Assembly (NCBI GenBank): GCA_963422645.2
Contig: CAXXVO010000012.1
Location: forward strand, 64,001-128,000
DNA length: 64,000 nt
Direction of reading: 5' to 3'
Origin: Alphaproteobacteria bacterium
GTDB lineage: Bacteria; Pseudomonadota; Alphaproteobacteria; UBA828
Made by a program: the position numbers and the translations under genes. This document shows, piece after piece, positions 10,330 to 20,354 of this stretch (its first letter is position 1; each line of letters begins with the position of its first letter). The notes under the pieces are model-generated. The model ran no database searches, was not told the origin of the DNA, and saw only the letters and a list, made by a program, of their open reading frames with translations.

Positions 10330-10743
10330 GCGGCGCTCTTCGGGCTCTCCATCGACCGTGCGATGCAGGAGGTCGAGAGGCTGGCCCGATTCGAGGAATT
10401 GACTGAGCGTCTCGATCCCTGGCTGGAGGCGCGCGCCTTCGAGGCCGACGCAACCATCGTGACGCAGGGCGAGGAGCAGGAAGGCATGCTGCTCGTGACC
10501 GAGGGCAGAGCGATCGCGCGCGAGGGCGACACCGGCGCACGGATGGCCGAGCTCGGACCCGGCGATGCGCTTGCCGCCGAAGCGGCGTTCGTCCCTTACG
10601 TGCCGCAGGTCTCGGTGGTGGCGGCGACGCCCTGCCGCGCCGCCCTGATGACGCCAGCCGCCCGCCGCGCGTTGGAGCGCGACGACCTCGCACTCGCCGT
10701 CGAGCTGGACAGGTACCTGATCGAGACGATCTCGGCGCATTAG
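10330..10743 (+). pseudogene. SulP transporter 3' part (cyclic-nucleotide-binding domain)
   Basis: Restored frame DAARAALFGLSIDRAMQEV; IVTQGE..LGPGD cNMP fold. Confidence 0.85.
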
Positions 10744-10875
10744 AGCGCGTCCGTCTTTGACGGATGCGGGACAGCACTTGCGTTCTGCATGTTTTGAGAC
10801 GGCAATCGTCCGACGGTTGGGTGTGCCGGCGCGCGACCGTCGAGAGGCGTGCGCGGCGGCGCACTACAGTCAACC

Positions 10876-10926
10876 CCGCAACATGGTGCGGTGGAGGGCG
10901 CGGGGCTGCCGCGTCAGCATCGCGGC
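10876..10926 (+). promoter_or_regulatory. Palindromic site CCGCAACATGGTGCGG plus candidate -10 (CAGCAT) 6 nt before ATG
   Basis: Same layout at 29557 and 55847(-). Confidence 0.65.
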
Positions 10927-11640
10927 ATGCAAAACCTGAACCGACCCATCAGAATCGGCGGGCGCTCCTCCATCGACCGCCTGCCGTCCAAACTCCGCGA
11001 GGCCGTCGATCAAGCCATCGCGGACGGCGCCACCATCGACGACATAACCGCCCTCATCCGGGCCGAGGGCGGCTCCTGCTCGCGTTCGGCCGTCGGCCGC
11101 TATTCCAAGAATATGCGCGCCCTGATCCGCGAACAGCAGGAGTTCGACCGCGCGATGAGGATCTGGGTGCGGGAACTCGGCGAGCGCGCGGAAGGCCGCG
11201 CCGGGCTTATCCTGATCGAGACCCTGCGGACGATGGTGCTCTCCAGCATGGCCGAACTCAGCCAACGCGGAGAGCCTGCGCCCATGCGAGAACTTGCCCG
11301 CCTCGCCCTCACCCTCAAGCGCATCGAAGGCACCGACAAGCTTCGCCTCGAGCGGGAGCGCACGACGGCAAAGCCGGCACCCGTCGGCGGGGCCAAGCCC
11401 CAGGGCGGCCTCTCGCCGGAGACCGCCGCCGCCATCCGCGAGGTCGTGGAGGGCCGGCCCGAGCCGCCCGACCGCACCCTCACGTCGGTGCCGGTCGATG
11501 CCTGGGCGCCTGCGAGTTCCCGGCCATCCAGCTTAATCCCACCTGATCCCGGACAGAAATTCCCGGTTCGCTCGGGGCGGAGGGCGGCGGTGCGGCGCAA
11601 CTCTGCCGCAAGCCCGGATCAGGCGTCCGGCAGCCGGTAA
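10927..11640 (+). CDS. DUF3486 / Mu gp27-like protein (putative small-terminase-like)
   Basis: GRSSIDRLPSKLREAVD...SRSAVGRY N-terminal HTH typical of DUF3486. Confidence 0.8.
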   Translation: MQNLNRPIRIGGRSSIDRLPSKLREAVDQAIADGATIDDITALIRAEGGSCSRSAVGRYSKNMRALIREQQEFDRAMRIWVRELGERAEGRAGLILIETLRTMVLSSMAELSQRGEPAPMRELARLALTLKRIEGTDKLRLERERTTAKPAPVGGAKPQGGLSPETAAAIREVVEGRPEPPDRTLTSVPVDAWAPASSRPSSLIPPDPGQKFPVRSGRRAAVRRNSAASPDQASGSR

Positions 11641-13247
11641 TCCTGAAACATCTCGCGCAGGCGCGACTTCTGAATCTTGCCGGTGGCGGTGAGCGGCAGC
11701 TCGTCGACCAGCACGACGTCGTCGGGCAGCCACCACTTCGCGACCCTGGCCGCGAGGTAGGCGTTGATGGTGTCTTTGTCGGGCGTGCAGCCGTCCCTCG
11801 GCACCACCACCATGAGCGGCCGCTCCTCCCACTTGGGATGGAAGATGCCGATGACCGCGGCCTGCTTCACGTCCGGGTGGCCGACCGCCGCGTTCTCCAG
11901 GTCGATGGAGCTGATCCACTCGCCGCCCGACTTGATCACGTCCTTGGTGCGGTCGGTGATCCGCATGAAGCCGTGCTCGTCGAGGGTGGCGACGTCGCCG
12001 GTGGGGAACCAGCCGTTCTCGTCGAGCCGGTCCCCGCCCTCGCCCTTGAAGTAGCCGCTGGCGGCCCAGTTGCCGCGCACCCACATGTCGCCGAATGTCT
12101 TGCCGTCGCGCGGTACCGGCGCGCCGTCGGCGTCGGTGATCGTGAGCTCCAGGCCGAACTGCACGCGGCCTTGTTGACTCAGCACCGCCTGGCGCTCCTC
12201 TTCGGTAAGCGCGTCGATTGCCGGAGTCGCCGTCGCCATGGTGCCGAGCGGCGAGGTCTCGGTCATGCCCCAGAGCTGGTGCACCGTCACCCCGTAGGGG
12301 TCGGCCAGCCGCTCGATCATCGCGCGCGGCACTGCCGAGCCGCCGATGGCGACACGCTCCAGGCTTTCCACCGTCTTGCCCTTCTCGTCGAGATGGTCGA
12401 TCAGCATGGTGAACACCGTCGGCACGCCGAGGGCGAAGGTCACTCCCTCCCCTTCGATCAGCTCCTGCAGGCTCTGCCCGTCCATCTGCGTGCCGGGCAG
12501 CACCAGGCCTGCGCCGGAGAGGCAGCCGAGGTAGGGCAGCGACCAGGCGTTGCCGTGGTACATCGGCGCGATCGGCATCAGCACGTCGTGGGCGGAGATT
12601 CCCATGGCGCTGTTCTGGCAGGCAGCCATGGCGTGCAGCAGGGTCGAGCGGTGGCTGTAGAGCACGCCCTTGGGATTGCCCGTCGTGCCTGAGGTATAGC
12701 AAAGCGAGGACGCGGCGCGCTCGTCGAAGACCGGCCACGCGTAGTCCCCACTCTCGGCCGCGAGCAGGGTCTCGTAGCAGAGGACGTTGGCGAGCGCGAT
12801 CTCGGGCATGTGGTCTTCATCGGCCATCACCACGACCTGCTCGACCGTGGTGAGCTGATCCGCGATGCGCTCTACCAGCTCGACGAAGGTGAGGTCCACG
12901 AAGAGCACCCGGTCTTCCGCGTGGTTGATGATGTAGACGATCTGCTCGGTGAAGAGCCGCGGGTTCACCGTGTGCAGGACGGCGCCCATGCCCGAGACCC
13001 CGTAGAAGAGCTCCAGGTGCCGGTAGCCGTTCCAGGCCAGCGTGCCGACCCGGTCGCCGTGGCCGATCCCGAGCCGCGCCATGACGTTGGCGACGCGCCG
13101 CGCGCGCCCTTCGCACTCGGCATAGCCGTAGCGGTGGATAGGCCCCTCGACGGTGCGCGAGACCACCTGGCGGTCGCCGTGATACTCCGCCGCATAGCGA
13201 ATCAGCGACGAGATCATCAGCGGGATCTCCTGCATCAGGCCGTGCAT
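11619..13247 (-). CDS. Acyl-CoA ligase (long-chain fatty acid / DmdB-like)
   Basis: [35 protein letters not shown]. Confidence 0.9.
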   Translation of the reverse strand: MHGLMQEIPLMISSLIRYAAEYHGDRQVVSRTVEGPIHRYGYAECEGRARRVANVMARLGIGHGDRVGTLAWNGYRHLELFYGVSGMGAVLHTVNPRLFTEQIVYIINHAEDRVLFVDLTFVELVERIADQLTTVEQVVVMADEDHMPEIALANVLCYETLLAAESGDYAWPVFDERAASSLCYTSGTTGNPKGVLYSHRSTLLHAMAACQNSAMGISAHDVLMPIAPMYHGNAWSLPYLGCLSGAGLVLPGTQMDGQSLQELIEGEGVTFALGVPTVFTMLIDHLDEKGKTVESLERVAIGGSAVPRAMIERLADPYGVTVHQLWGMTETSPLGTMATATPAIDALTEEERQAVLSQQGRVQFGLELTITDADGAPVPRDGKTFGDMWVRGNWAASGYFKGEGGDRLDENGWFPTGDVATLDEHGFMRITDRTKDVIKSGGEWISSIDLENAAVGHPDVKQAAVIGIFHPKWEERPLMVVVPRDGCTPDKDTINAYLAARVAKWWLPDDVVLVDELPLTATGKIQKSRLREMFQDYRLPDA

Positions 13248-13413
13248 GGCTCCTCCCCTCGATCGGTCGGCCGGGGCCGCTCCCCTCGCGCCATTATCGG
13301 CTGCCGCCGCGCCGGTCGAAAGACTTTCCGGTGCGTCGCTGATATTCTCGCCGCCCTTGCAGGGAGCGGCGCATGGTCGCGCTGCGGCGTGGGAGAGCGG
13401 GGAGGAGAGGATC

Positions 13414-14181
13414 GTGAAACTGGAGGGAAAGACGGCGCTGATTACCGGCGGCTCTTCGGGCATCGGCGAGGCGATCGCGGTCAGATTCGCGGCCGAAGGC
13501 GCGCGCATCGCGGTCGCGGCTTCCTCGAATCTGGCCAAGGCCCAGGCCGTGGTGGAGAAGATCGAGGCATCGGGCGGCGCGGCCCAGGCCTTTGTCGCCG
13601 ACGTGCGCGACGTGAGCTCGGTCAAGGCGTTGGTCGGCGACGTGAAGGCAGCGTTCGGCCGCATCGACATTCTGGTCAACTCGGCCGGTATCTTCGAGCC
13701 GACGCCGATCGGCGAGACCACCGAGGCCGAGTACGACGCCACCATGGACATCAACGTGAAGGGCACCTTCTTCGCGATCAACGAGGTGGCGCCGGTCATG
13801 ATCGCGCAGGGCGGCGGCAAGATCGTCAACCTCTCGTCGGTGACGGGGGTGATGGGGTTCAAGACCTTCTCGGTCTATTGCGCGTCGAAGGCCGCGATTA
13901 ACTACCTCACCCGCGCGCTCGCGCTGGAGCTCAGCCCCCACAACATCGCGGTGAACGCGATCCTGCCCGGCAACACGGCGACACCGATGAACGTGAAGAT
14001 CCGCACCGAGCCGCAGTTCGAGGAGATGCTGGAGGGCATGACCGCGGTGACGCCGAGCAACCGGACCTATTCGGAGCCCGACGACATGGCGTCCGCCGCG
14101 CTCTTCCTCTGCTCCGAGGATGGCCGTGCCGCCCACGGCTCGCTCATGCTGCTGGACGAGGGCATCTCCTGCGGCCTCTGA
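13414..14181 (+). CDS. SDR oxidoreductase
   Basis: TGGSSGIG, NSAG, YCASK. Confidence 0.9.
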   Translation: MKLEGKTALITGGSSGIGEAIAVRFAAEGARIAVAASSNLAKAQAVVEKIEASGGAAQAFVADVRDVSSVKALVGDVKAAFGRIDILVNSAGIFEPTPIGETTEAEYDATMDINVKGTFFAINEVAPVMIAQGGGKIVNLSSVTGVMGFKTFSVYCASKAAINYLTRALALELSPHNIAVNAILPGNTATPMNVKIRTEPQFEEMLEGMTAVTPSNRTYSEPDDMASAALFLCSEDGRAAHGSLMLLDEGISCGL

Positions 14182-14789
14182 TGAGCGCACACGCAGAGGA
14201 GGCCGCCCCGGCCGGCAAGCTCTACACGGTGATAACCCATCTCGCGATGGAGTCGCCGCCGGAGCGGGCGGTCCCGCCGCCGCCGGCCCCCGGCCTCACC
14301 ATCGATCGGCGCCGGACCATGCCGGTCGCCGACTACCTGCGTCTCTATCACGCGATCGGGGACGACTGGCTCTGGTGGAGCCGGCTAACGTGGGATGAGG
14401 CCAAGCTTGCCGCCAATCTCGCCTCGGACGAGACGGAAGTCTACGTCGCCGAGGCCGACAGCGAGGAAATCGGCCTGATCGAGCTGAACCTGCGGCCTAA
14501 GCCCGATATCGAGCTGCGCTATTTCGGCCTGATTCCGTCGTGGACCGGCAAAGGCCTCGGCGGCTGGCTGCTCGCCCACGCGCTCGCCGCCGCCGGGCGC
14601 CATCGTCCCCGCCGCATGATCCTCAACACCTGCACCCTCGACCATCCCGCCGCCCTCGCCTTCTATCAGAAGTACGGCTTCGCCATTACCCACAGCGAGG
14701 TGGATATCGTCGACGACCCCCGCCTCGTCGGTCTCCTGCCCCGAGACGCGGCTCCCCAAATCCCTCTCGCCCGGCACGCCGAGGGATGA
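14181..14789 (+). CDS. GNAT acetyltransferase
   Basis: YFGL..TGKGLGG, TCTLDHPAALAFYQKYGF. Confidence 0.85.
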   Translation: MSAHAEEAAPAGKLYTVITHLAMESPPERAVPPPPAPGLTIDRRRTMPVADYLRLYHAIGDDWLWWSRLTWDEAKLAANLASDETEVYVAEADSEEIGLIELNLRPKPDIELRYFGLIPSWTGKGLGGWLLAHALAAAGRHRPRRMILNTCTLDHPAALAFYQKYGFAITHSEVDIVDDPRLVGLLPRDAAPQIPLARHAEG

Positions 14790-14835
14790 TGAGGCGCGCT
14801 TGTCGCCCGGCACTCCCTCTCGCTAGATTGGATCC

Positions 14836-15627
14836 ATGACTGATTCGAAGAGCGACACGGCGGCGCGGGCCATCTGGAAGGCCTGGAGCGGCCATCACCT
14901 GATCGACGGCCTGCCCGAGGCGTGCCAGCCTGGCACCACCGCCGAAGGCTACGACGTGCAGGACGCGCTCGCGCGCCTCGCCGGCGCCACGCCCGTGGGC
15001 TGGAAGATCGCGGCCACCAGCGAGGCCGGCCAGAAGCACATCGGCGTGGACGGCCCCCTCGCCGGGCGCCTGTGGGAGAGCAAGCTCCACCAGAGCGGCA
15101 CCAAGCTGCCCGCCGGCCACCTGCACATGGCGGTGGTCGAGGCGGAGTTCGCGTTCCGCATGGGCCGGGACCTGCCCGGCGGGGACGGCGACTACTCGGT
15201 GGCCTCGGTGATGGACGCGGTGGCGGCGCTGCATCCGGCCATCGAGATTCCCGACTCACGCTTCAGGGACTTCACCGTCGTGGGTGCCGCCCAGCTCATC
15301 GCCGACAACGGCTGCACCGAGTACTGCGTGCTGGGACCGGAGGCGCCAGAGAGTTGGCGCGAGGTCGATCTCGCCGCTCATCCGGTCGTCGTCTCCATCA
15401 ATGAAGAAGAGGCTGCCACCGGCAAGGGCGCGAACGCGTTGGGCGACCCGCGCATCGCGCTCACCTGGCTCGCCAACGACCGGGTCCAACACGGCGTGCC
15501 GCTTGCGGCGGGCGACGTGGTCATCACCGGCACCTGCATCGTTCCCGCGCCGATCGCGCACAAGAAGCACGTGCGCGCCGATTTCGGGGCCCTCGGCGCG
15601 GTCGAGGTGGCGCTGGCGTCGTTCTAG
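14836..15627 (+). CDS. 2-keto-4-pentenoate hydratase / FAH family
   Basis: GWKIAATS, VEAEFAF, AIEIPDSR, IADN. Confidence 0.85.
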   Translation: MTDSKSDTAARAIWKAWSGHHLIDGLPEACQPGTTAEGYDVQDALARLAGATPVGWKIAATSEAGQKHIGVDGPLAGRLWESKLHQSGTKLPAGHLHMAVVEAEFAFRMGRDLPGGDGDYSVASVMDAVAALHPAIEIPDSRFRDFTVVGAAQLIADNGCTEYCVLGPEAPESWREVDLAAHPVVVSINEEEAATGKGANALGDPRIALTWLANDRVQHGVPLAAGDVVITGTCIVPAPIAHKKHVRADFGALGAVEVALASF

Positions 15628-15696
15628 CTGGGGTCGGACTCGGCTTCTGCCGGCCGGCGGGCCTTGACGAGCCAGCCGAGCAGCAGGGAGAACGCA

Positions 15697-17736
15697 GTGG
15701 GACGACTGGCGACCGATATCGGCGGGACCTTTACCGATCTCGTCCACTTCGACGAGGGGACCGGCGCGCTCAGCGTCGCCAAGTCGCTTAGCACGCCGGA
15801 TGACCTGACGCGGGGCGTGCTCGACACCATCGATCAGGCGGAGCTCGACGCCGACGTGGTGGACTACTTCGTCCACGGCGGCACGACCGTCATCAACGCC
15901 ATCACGGAGCGAACGGGCGCGAAGACCGCGCTGGTCACCACCGAGGGCTTTCGCGACGTACTGGAGATCGCGCGCGGCAACCGCCCCGATCTCTACAACC
16001 TCCGTTACCGCAAGGAGGTCCCCTTCGTGCCGCGCCGGCTGCGCTTCGAGGTGCGCGAGCGAGTCGACGCCAAGGGTCGCGTCCGCGTTCCGCTGCATCT
16101 CGAAGACCTGGACCGCGTGGTCGAGGTATGCCGCAACCAAGGGGTGGAAGCCATCGCCATCCAGTTCCTCCATTCCTACGCCGCGCCTGCGCACGAGGAG
16201 GAAACGGCGACTTATCTGCGCGAGCGGCTCAACGGCGTCGCGATCACCGCCTCGCACGAGATCACCCGTGAGTGGCGCGAGTACGAGCGCGCGAACACGG
16301 CCGTGCTCAACGCCTACGTCCAGCCCATCGTGCAGCGCTACTTCGACACCCTGGAGGCCGGCATCGACAGGCTGGGGCTCGACTGCCCGATGATGGCGAT
16401 GCAGTCGAACGGCGGCACGACGAGCTTCAGCTGGGCCAGGGAGCACCCGATCACGCTGCTCGAATCGGGGCCGGCGGCGGGCGTCAACGGCGCCGCCCTG
16501 ATTGGCCGGCTCTGCGACGAGCCCGACGTGATCTATCTCGACATCGGCGGCACCACCGCCAAGTGCTCCACCATCGAGGGCGGCGAGCCGAAGATCACCA
16601 CCGACTACCGGCTGGAAGCGACGCGCATCCGCTATGGCTACCCGGTGCGGGTGCCCGTGATCGACATCGTGGAGATCGGCGCGGGCGGCGGCTCCATTGC
16701 CTGGTTCGACGAGGGCGGCACGCTCAGCGTGGGCCCACGCAGCGCTGGCGCCGATCCGGGGCCCGCCTGCTATGGCCGCGGCGGCACGGAGCCGACCGTG
16801 ACCGACGCTAAGCTCATCACCGGCGTGCTCAACCCGGCGAACTTCGCGGGCGGGCGGCTCTCCCTCGATGTCGACCGCGCGCGGGCCGCCATGGGCAAGA
16901 TCGCCGAAGGGCTGGGCTGCAGCGTTGACGAGGCGGCGGTCGCCGTGATTCGTCTGGTCGATGCCAACATGATCAACGCGCTCAAGCTGGTCTCGATCCA
17001 GCGCGGCCACGATCCCAACGACTTCGCGCTGATGGTGGGCGGCGGCGGCGGCGCCATGCACGGCGCAAGCCTCGGCCGCGAGCTCGGCGTGAAGGAGATC
17101 GTGGTGCCGCGCTATCCTGGCCTCTTCTCGGCCTGGGGCATGCTGGCGACCGCACCTCGCCGGGACTTCGTGCGCACCGCGCTGCAGCGCGCGGATGCGC
17201 TCGACATCGCGGACCTGCACGCGCTCTTCGCCGAGCTGCACGCGGAAGCGGAGCGGTACTTTGCGTCCGAAGGGGGCGAGGGCACGCTCACGACCGCCTG
17301 CCACATCGACATGCGCTATGGCGGGCAGGAGCACGCCGTGACGATCCCCATCGACCTCGACCGGGCGAGCCGCGAGTCGATCCTCGACGCCTTCCATGCT
17401 GCGCACGAGCGCGCCTACACATTCCGCCTCGCGGACACGCCGGTCGAGCTCGTGACCTTCCGTCTCACCGCCACCGCCGATGTCGCCCGGCCCGAGCTCA
17501 CACCCTGGGCTGCGGAGGGCCGATCCGCCCAAGCGGCGGCGCGGGAGGGGCGCACAGTCGATTTCGGCGAGGACGGTGAGCACGAAAGCGCCGTCTACGA
17601 CCGGGACCTGCTGCCGCCGGGCTTCGACGCGGACGGCCCGCTCATCGTGGAGGAGCCGTCCTCGACCACCCTGGTCTGCCCAGGCCAGCGCGTCCGGGTA
17701 GACGATTTGGGCTTCCTCAGAATTACCGAGGCATGA
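15697..17736 (+). CDS. Hydantoinase A / oxoprolinase family
   Basis: DIGGTFTD, ESGPAAG, DIGGTT, SAGADPGPACYG. Confidence 0.9.
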   Translation: MGRLATDIGGTFTDLVHFDEGTGALSVAKSLSTPDDLTRGVLDTIDQAELDADVVDYFVHGGTTVINAITERTGAKTALVTTEGFRDVLEIARGNRPDLYNLRYRKEVPFVPRRLRFEVRERVDAKGRVRVPLHLEDLDRVVEVCRNQGVEAIAIQFLHSYAAPAHEEETATYLRERLNGVAITASHEITREWREYERANTAVLNAYVQPIVQRYFDTLEAGIDRLGLDCPMMAMQSNGGTTSFSWAREHPITLLESGPAAGVNGAALIGRLCDEPDVIYLDIGGTTAKCSTIEGGEPKITTDYRLEATRIRYGYPVRVPVIDIVEIGAGGGSIAWFDEGGTLSVGPRSAGADPGPACYGRGGTEPTVTDAKLITGVLNPANFAGGRLSLDVDRARAAMGKIAEGLGCSVDEAAVAVIRLVDANMINALKLVSIQRGHDPNDFALMVGGGGGAMHGASLGRELGVKEIVVPRYPGLFSAWGMLATAPRRDFVRTALQRADALDIADLHALFAELHAEAERYFASEGGEGTLTTACHIDMRYGGQEHAVTIPIDLDRASRESILDAFHAAHERAYTFRLADTPVELVTFRLTATADVARPELTPWAAEGRSAQAAAREGRTVDFGEDGEHESAVYDRDLLPPGFDADGPLIVEEPSSTTLVCPGQRVRVDDLGFLRITEA

Positions 17737-17761
17737 TCCGGCGGTGACCGGGGCTGCCGCC

Positions 17762-18757
17762 ATGCGCGCCATGGTCTATCGCGGCAATGGCCCCGCGCTC
17801 ACCCTGGAGCAGCGGCCGATTCCGGAGCCCGGCGCGGGAGAAGTCCTGGTTCGGGTTTCGGCTTGCGGGGTCTGCCGCACCGATCTTCACGTGGTGGACG
17901 GCGACCTCACCGAGCCTCGGCTTCCAGTGGTGCCGGGGCACGAGATCGTGGGGCGCATCGCGGCCCTCGGCGTGGGCGTCGAGCGCTTCGGCGAAGGAGA
18001 GCGCGTAGGCATCCCCTGGCTCGGCTGGACCTGCGACGCCTGCCGCTATTGCCGGAGTGGCCGGGAGAACCTGTGCCCAGACGCGCGCTTCACCGGCTAC
18101 ACCCTGGACGGCGGCTACGGCGACTTCTGCATCGCCGACGAGCACTACTGCTTCCCCCTCCCCGGCGATCGCGATGACGTCCATTCGGCGCCGCTCCTCT
18201 GCGCCGGGCTGATCGGCTATCGCGCCCTCGTGATGGCGGGCGATGCCGAGCGCCTCGGTCTCTATGGCTTCGGTGCGGCAGCGCACATCATTGCTCAAGT
18301 CGCGCGGGCCCAGGGTCGCCGCGTGTTCGCCTTCGTCCGGCCGGGCGACCAGGCGGCCATGGACTTTGCCCGCAGCCTCGACGCCGAATGGGCCGGCGCA
18401 TCGGACGAGGCGCCGCCGGAGGAGCTGGACGCGGCGTTGCTCTTCGCGCCCGTGGGCGCCTTGGTGCCGGCCGCGCTCAGCGCCATCGCGCCGGGCGGAA
18501 CCGTGGTCAGCGCCGGCATCCACATGAGCGACATTCCCGCGTTCCCCTACGAGCTCCTGTGGCGGGAGCGGCGCATCGTCTCGGTCGCCAACCTCACGCG
18601 ACGCGACGGTGAAGAGTTTCTGACACTCGCCGCGAAGACCGCGATCGAGATGCACGTCGAGCCCATGCCGCTCGCCGAGGCCAACACCGCCCTCGACCGC
18701 CTGCGCGCAGGCCGCCTTCAGGGCGCCGCCGTGCTCACGATGAACGAGAACGGCTGA
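17762..18757 (+). CDS. Zinc-dependent alcohol dehydrogenase
   Basis: CRTD, GHEIVG, CxxCxxC..C. Confidence 0.9.
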   Translation: MRAMVYRGNGPALTLEQRPIPEPGAGEVLVRVSACGVCRTDLHVVDGDLTEPRLPVVPGHEIVGRIAALGVGVERFGEGERVGIPWLGWTCDACRYCRSGRENLCPDARFTGYTLDGGYGDFCIADEHYCFPLPGDRDDVHSAPLLCAGLIGYRALVMAGDAERLGLYGFGAAAHIIAQVARAQGRRVFAFVRPGDQAAMDFARSLDAEWAGASDEAPPEELDAALLFAPVGALVPAALSAIAPGGTVVSAGIHMSDIPAFPYELLWRERRIVSVANLTRRDGEEFLTLAAKTAIEMHVEPMPLAEANTALDRLRAGRLQGAAVLTMNENG

Positions 18758-18760
18758 GGC

Positions 18761-19636
18761 TCAGGCAGCGACACCCATCTGGGCCATCGTTGCCCGCGTG
18801 AGCTCGCTGTCGGGCTCGCGCAGCTGGTCGGCCATGGTGAAGTGGTTGAAGCCGGGGAGCTCGAGCCGGCTGAGCGGGTAGCCGTGCGCCTCCCACACTG
18901 CCGCCATGGCGTTGGCCTGACGTTCGTATTCCTCTGATTCGATGTCGCCCGAGACCAGCATGAGCGGCGCCGCCACAGGGTAACGCTGCGCGACCGGGCT
19001 GTTCCTCTGCGCCTCCGCTTCGTCCAAGCCGACCTTGTCGTTGAGGTAGCAGAGCCGGATCGGCTCCAGATCGTAGATGCCCGAAATCGAGACCGCGCTC
19101 TTGACGAGGTCGGCCGGGAGGCCGGCGCCGAAGGCAGGCCAGTCGGTCGCGAGCAGCATCGCGGCGAGATGACCGCCGGCCGACTGGCCGAGCGCGTGGA
19201 TGCGCGAGGGATCGCCGCCCAACGATGCCGCGTTGCGCCAGACCCAGGCGACAGCGGCGCGGTTCTGCCGCACGATCTCGTCCATCCGGTAATCCGGGGC
19301 GAGGCCGTAGTTGATGACGACCGTCGCCACACCATGGGGCAGGCCCCCCTCGGCCACGAAGCTGTCGTGATGCTTGTCGAGCGAATACCAGTAGCCGCCG
19401 TGGATCATGACCAGGATCGGGGCGTTGTGCTCTTCGGCCGGGAAGAAATCGAGGGTCTCGACAGGGAGATTGCCGTAGGCGATGTCCCGACCGCCCGGAA
19501 GGGCTGCGCGGGTCTTCGCGCTCCAGTCCAGCCAGCGCTCGAAATGGTCGACGTAGTCGGGGATTCGCGCGCGGTTGTTGTACTGCGCGTCGAGCGCCGC
19601 TCGATCGTAGCCGCGGTAGATGACCTCTCCGCTCAT
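18761..19636 (-). CDS. Alpha/beta hydrolase (arylformamidase-like)
   Basis: LDAQYNNR, HGGYW, GQSAG. Confidence 0.85.
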   Translation of the reverse strand: MSGEVIYRGYDRAALDAQYNNRARIPDYVDHFERWLDWSAKTRAALPGGRDIAYGNLPVETLDFFPAEEHNAPILVMIHGGYWYSLDKHHDSFVAEGGLPHGVATVVINYGLAPDYRMDEIVRQNRAAVAWVWRNAASLGGDPSRIHALGQSAGGHLAAMLLATDWPAFGAGLPADLVKSAVSISGIYDLEPIRLCYLNDKVGLDEAEAQRNSPVAQRYPVAAPLMLVSGDIESEEYERQANAMAAVWEAHGYPLSRLELPGFNHFTMADQLREPDSELTRATMAQMGVAA

Positions 19637-19759
19637 CCAGCCCTCCCGATAGCTGCCTCCCGGAAGTGTAGCCATTTTCCGCCCCGGCCATCGACCGCAG
19701 CCGGATGGCGCACTAAATTGCATTCGAGCACAGTCAACGCACACGAGAGGAATTGGCCC

Positions 19760-20332
19760 ATGCCGCGCTTGGTCCGCACAGCCATTGCCGTTATGGCCGC
19801 GGCAGTTGTCTTCGCCGCCCCGTGGATCGGACTGCCGGCCGCGCAAGCCGCCTCTATCGGGGGCCCTTTCGAGCTCATCGACCACACCGGACAGACGGTC
19901 ACCGAAGAGAGCTTCGACGACCGCTACCTGCTGGTCTATTTCGGCTACGCCTATTGCCCGGACGTTTGCCCGACGGAGCTGCTCATCATGGGCCAGGCTG
20001 TGGACGAGCTCGGCGAGCTCGGCCACGAGGTCCAGCCCCTCTTCGTCTCGGTCGACCCGGAGCGCGACACGGTCGAGTACCTGGCCGAGTACGTGCCTGC
20101 GTTCCACCCCCGTCTGGTCGGACTGACGGGCAGCGACGAGCAAATTCATGCCGCTGCCAAGGCCTACCGCGTCTACTACCGTCTCAACGAGCCGGACGAG
20201 GACGGCGCCTACCTGGTCGATCACACTTCCTACATCTACTTCATGGATTCCGACGGCGATTACCTGACCCACTTCGTCTTCGGGCAGGGTCCGGAGAAGA
20301 TGGCGGAGGTCATGCGCAAGCACCTGGATTGA
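19760..20332 (+). CDS. SCO copper chaperone
   Basis: YCPDVCP, SVDPERD, YLVDH. Confidence 0.9.
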   Translation: MPRLVRTAIAVMAAAVVFAAPWIGLPAAQAASIGGPFELIDHTGQTVTEESFDDRYLLVYFGYAYCPDVCPTELLIMGQAVDELGELGHEVQPLFVSVDPERDTVEYLAEYVPAFHPRLVGLTGSDEQIHAAAKAYRVYYRLNEPDEDGAYLVDHTSYIYFMDSDGDYLTHFVFGQGPEKMAEVMRKHLD

Positions 20333-20354
20333 GCGGGCGGAACCGAGCGGGCGA

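Noticed and set aside
9569-10402. 456-aa ExeA ORF as a full-length protein
   Set aside because: The Arg-rich tail is off-frame read-through after a deletion junction.
15256-17772. Long antisense ORFs (also 26710-29253 and 48116-50305)
   Set aside because: Shadow ORFs of real genes caused by high-GC codon bias.
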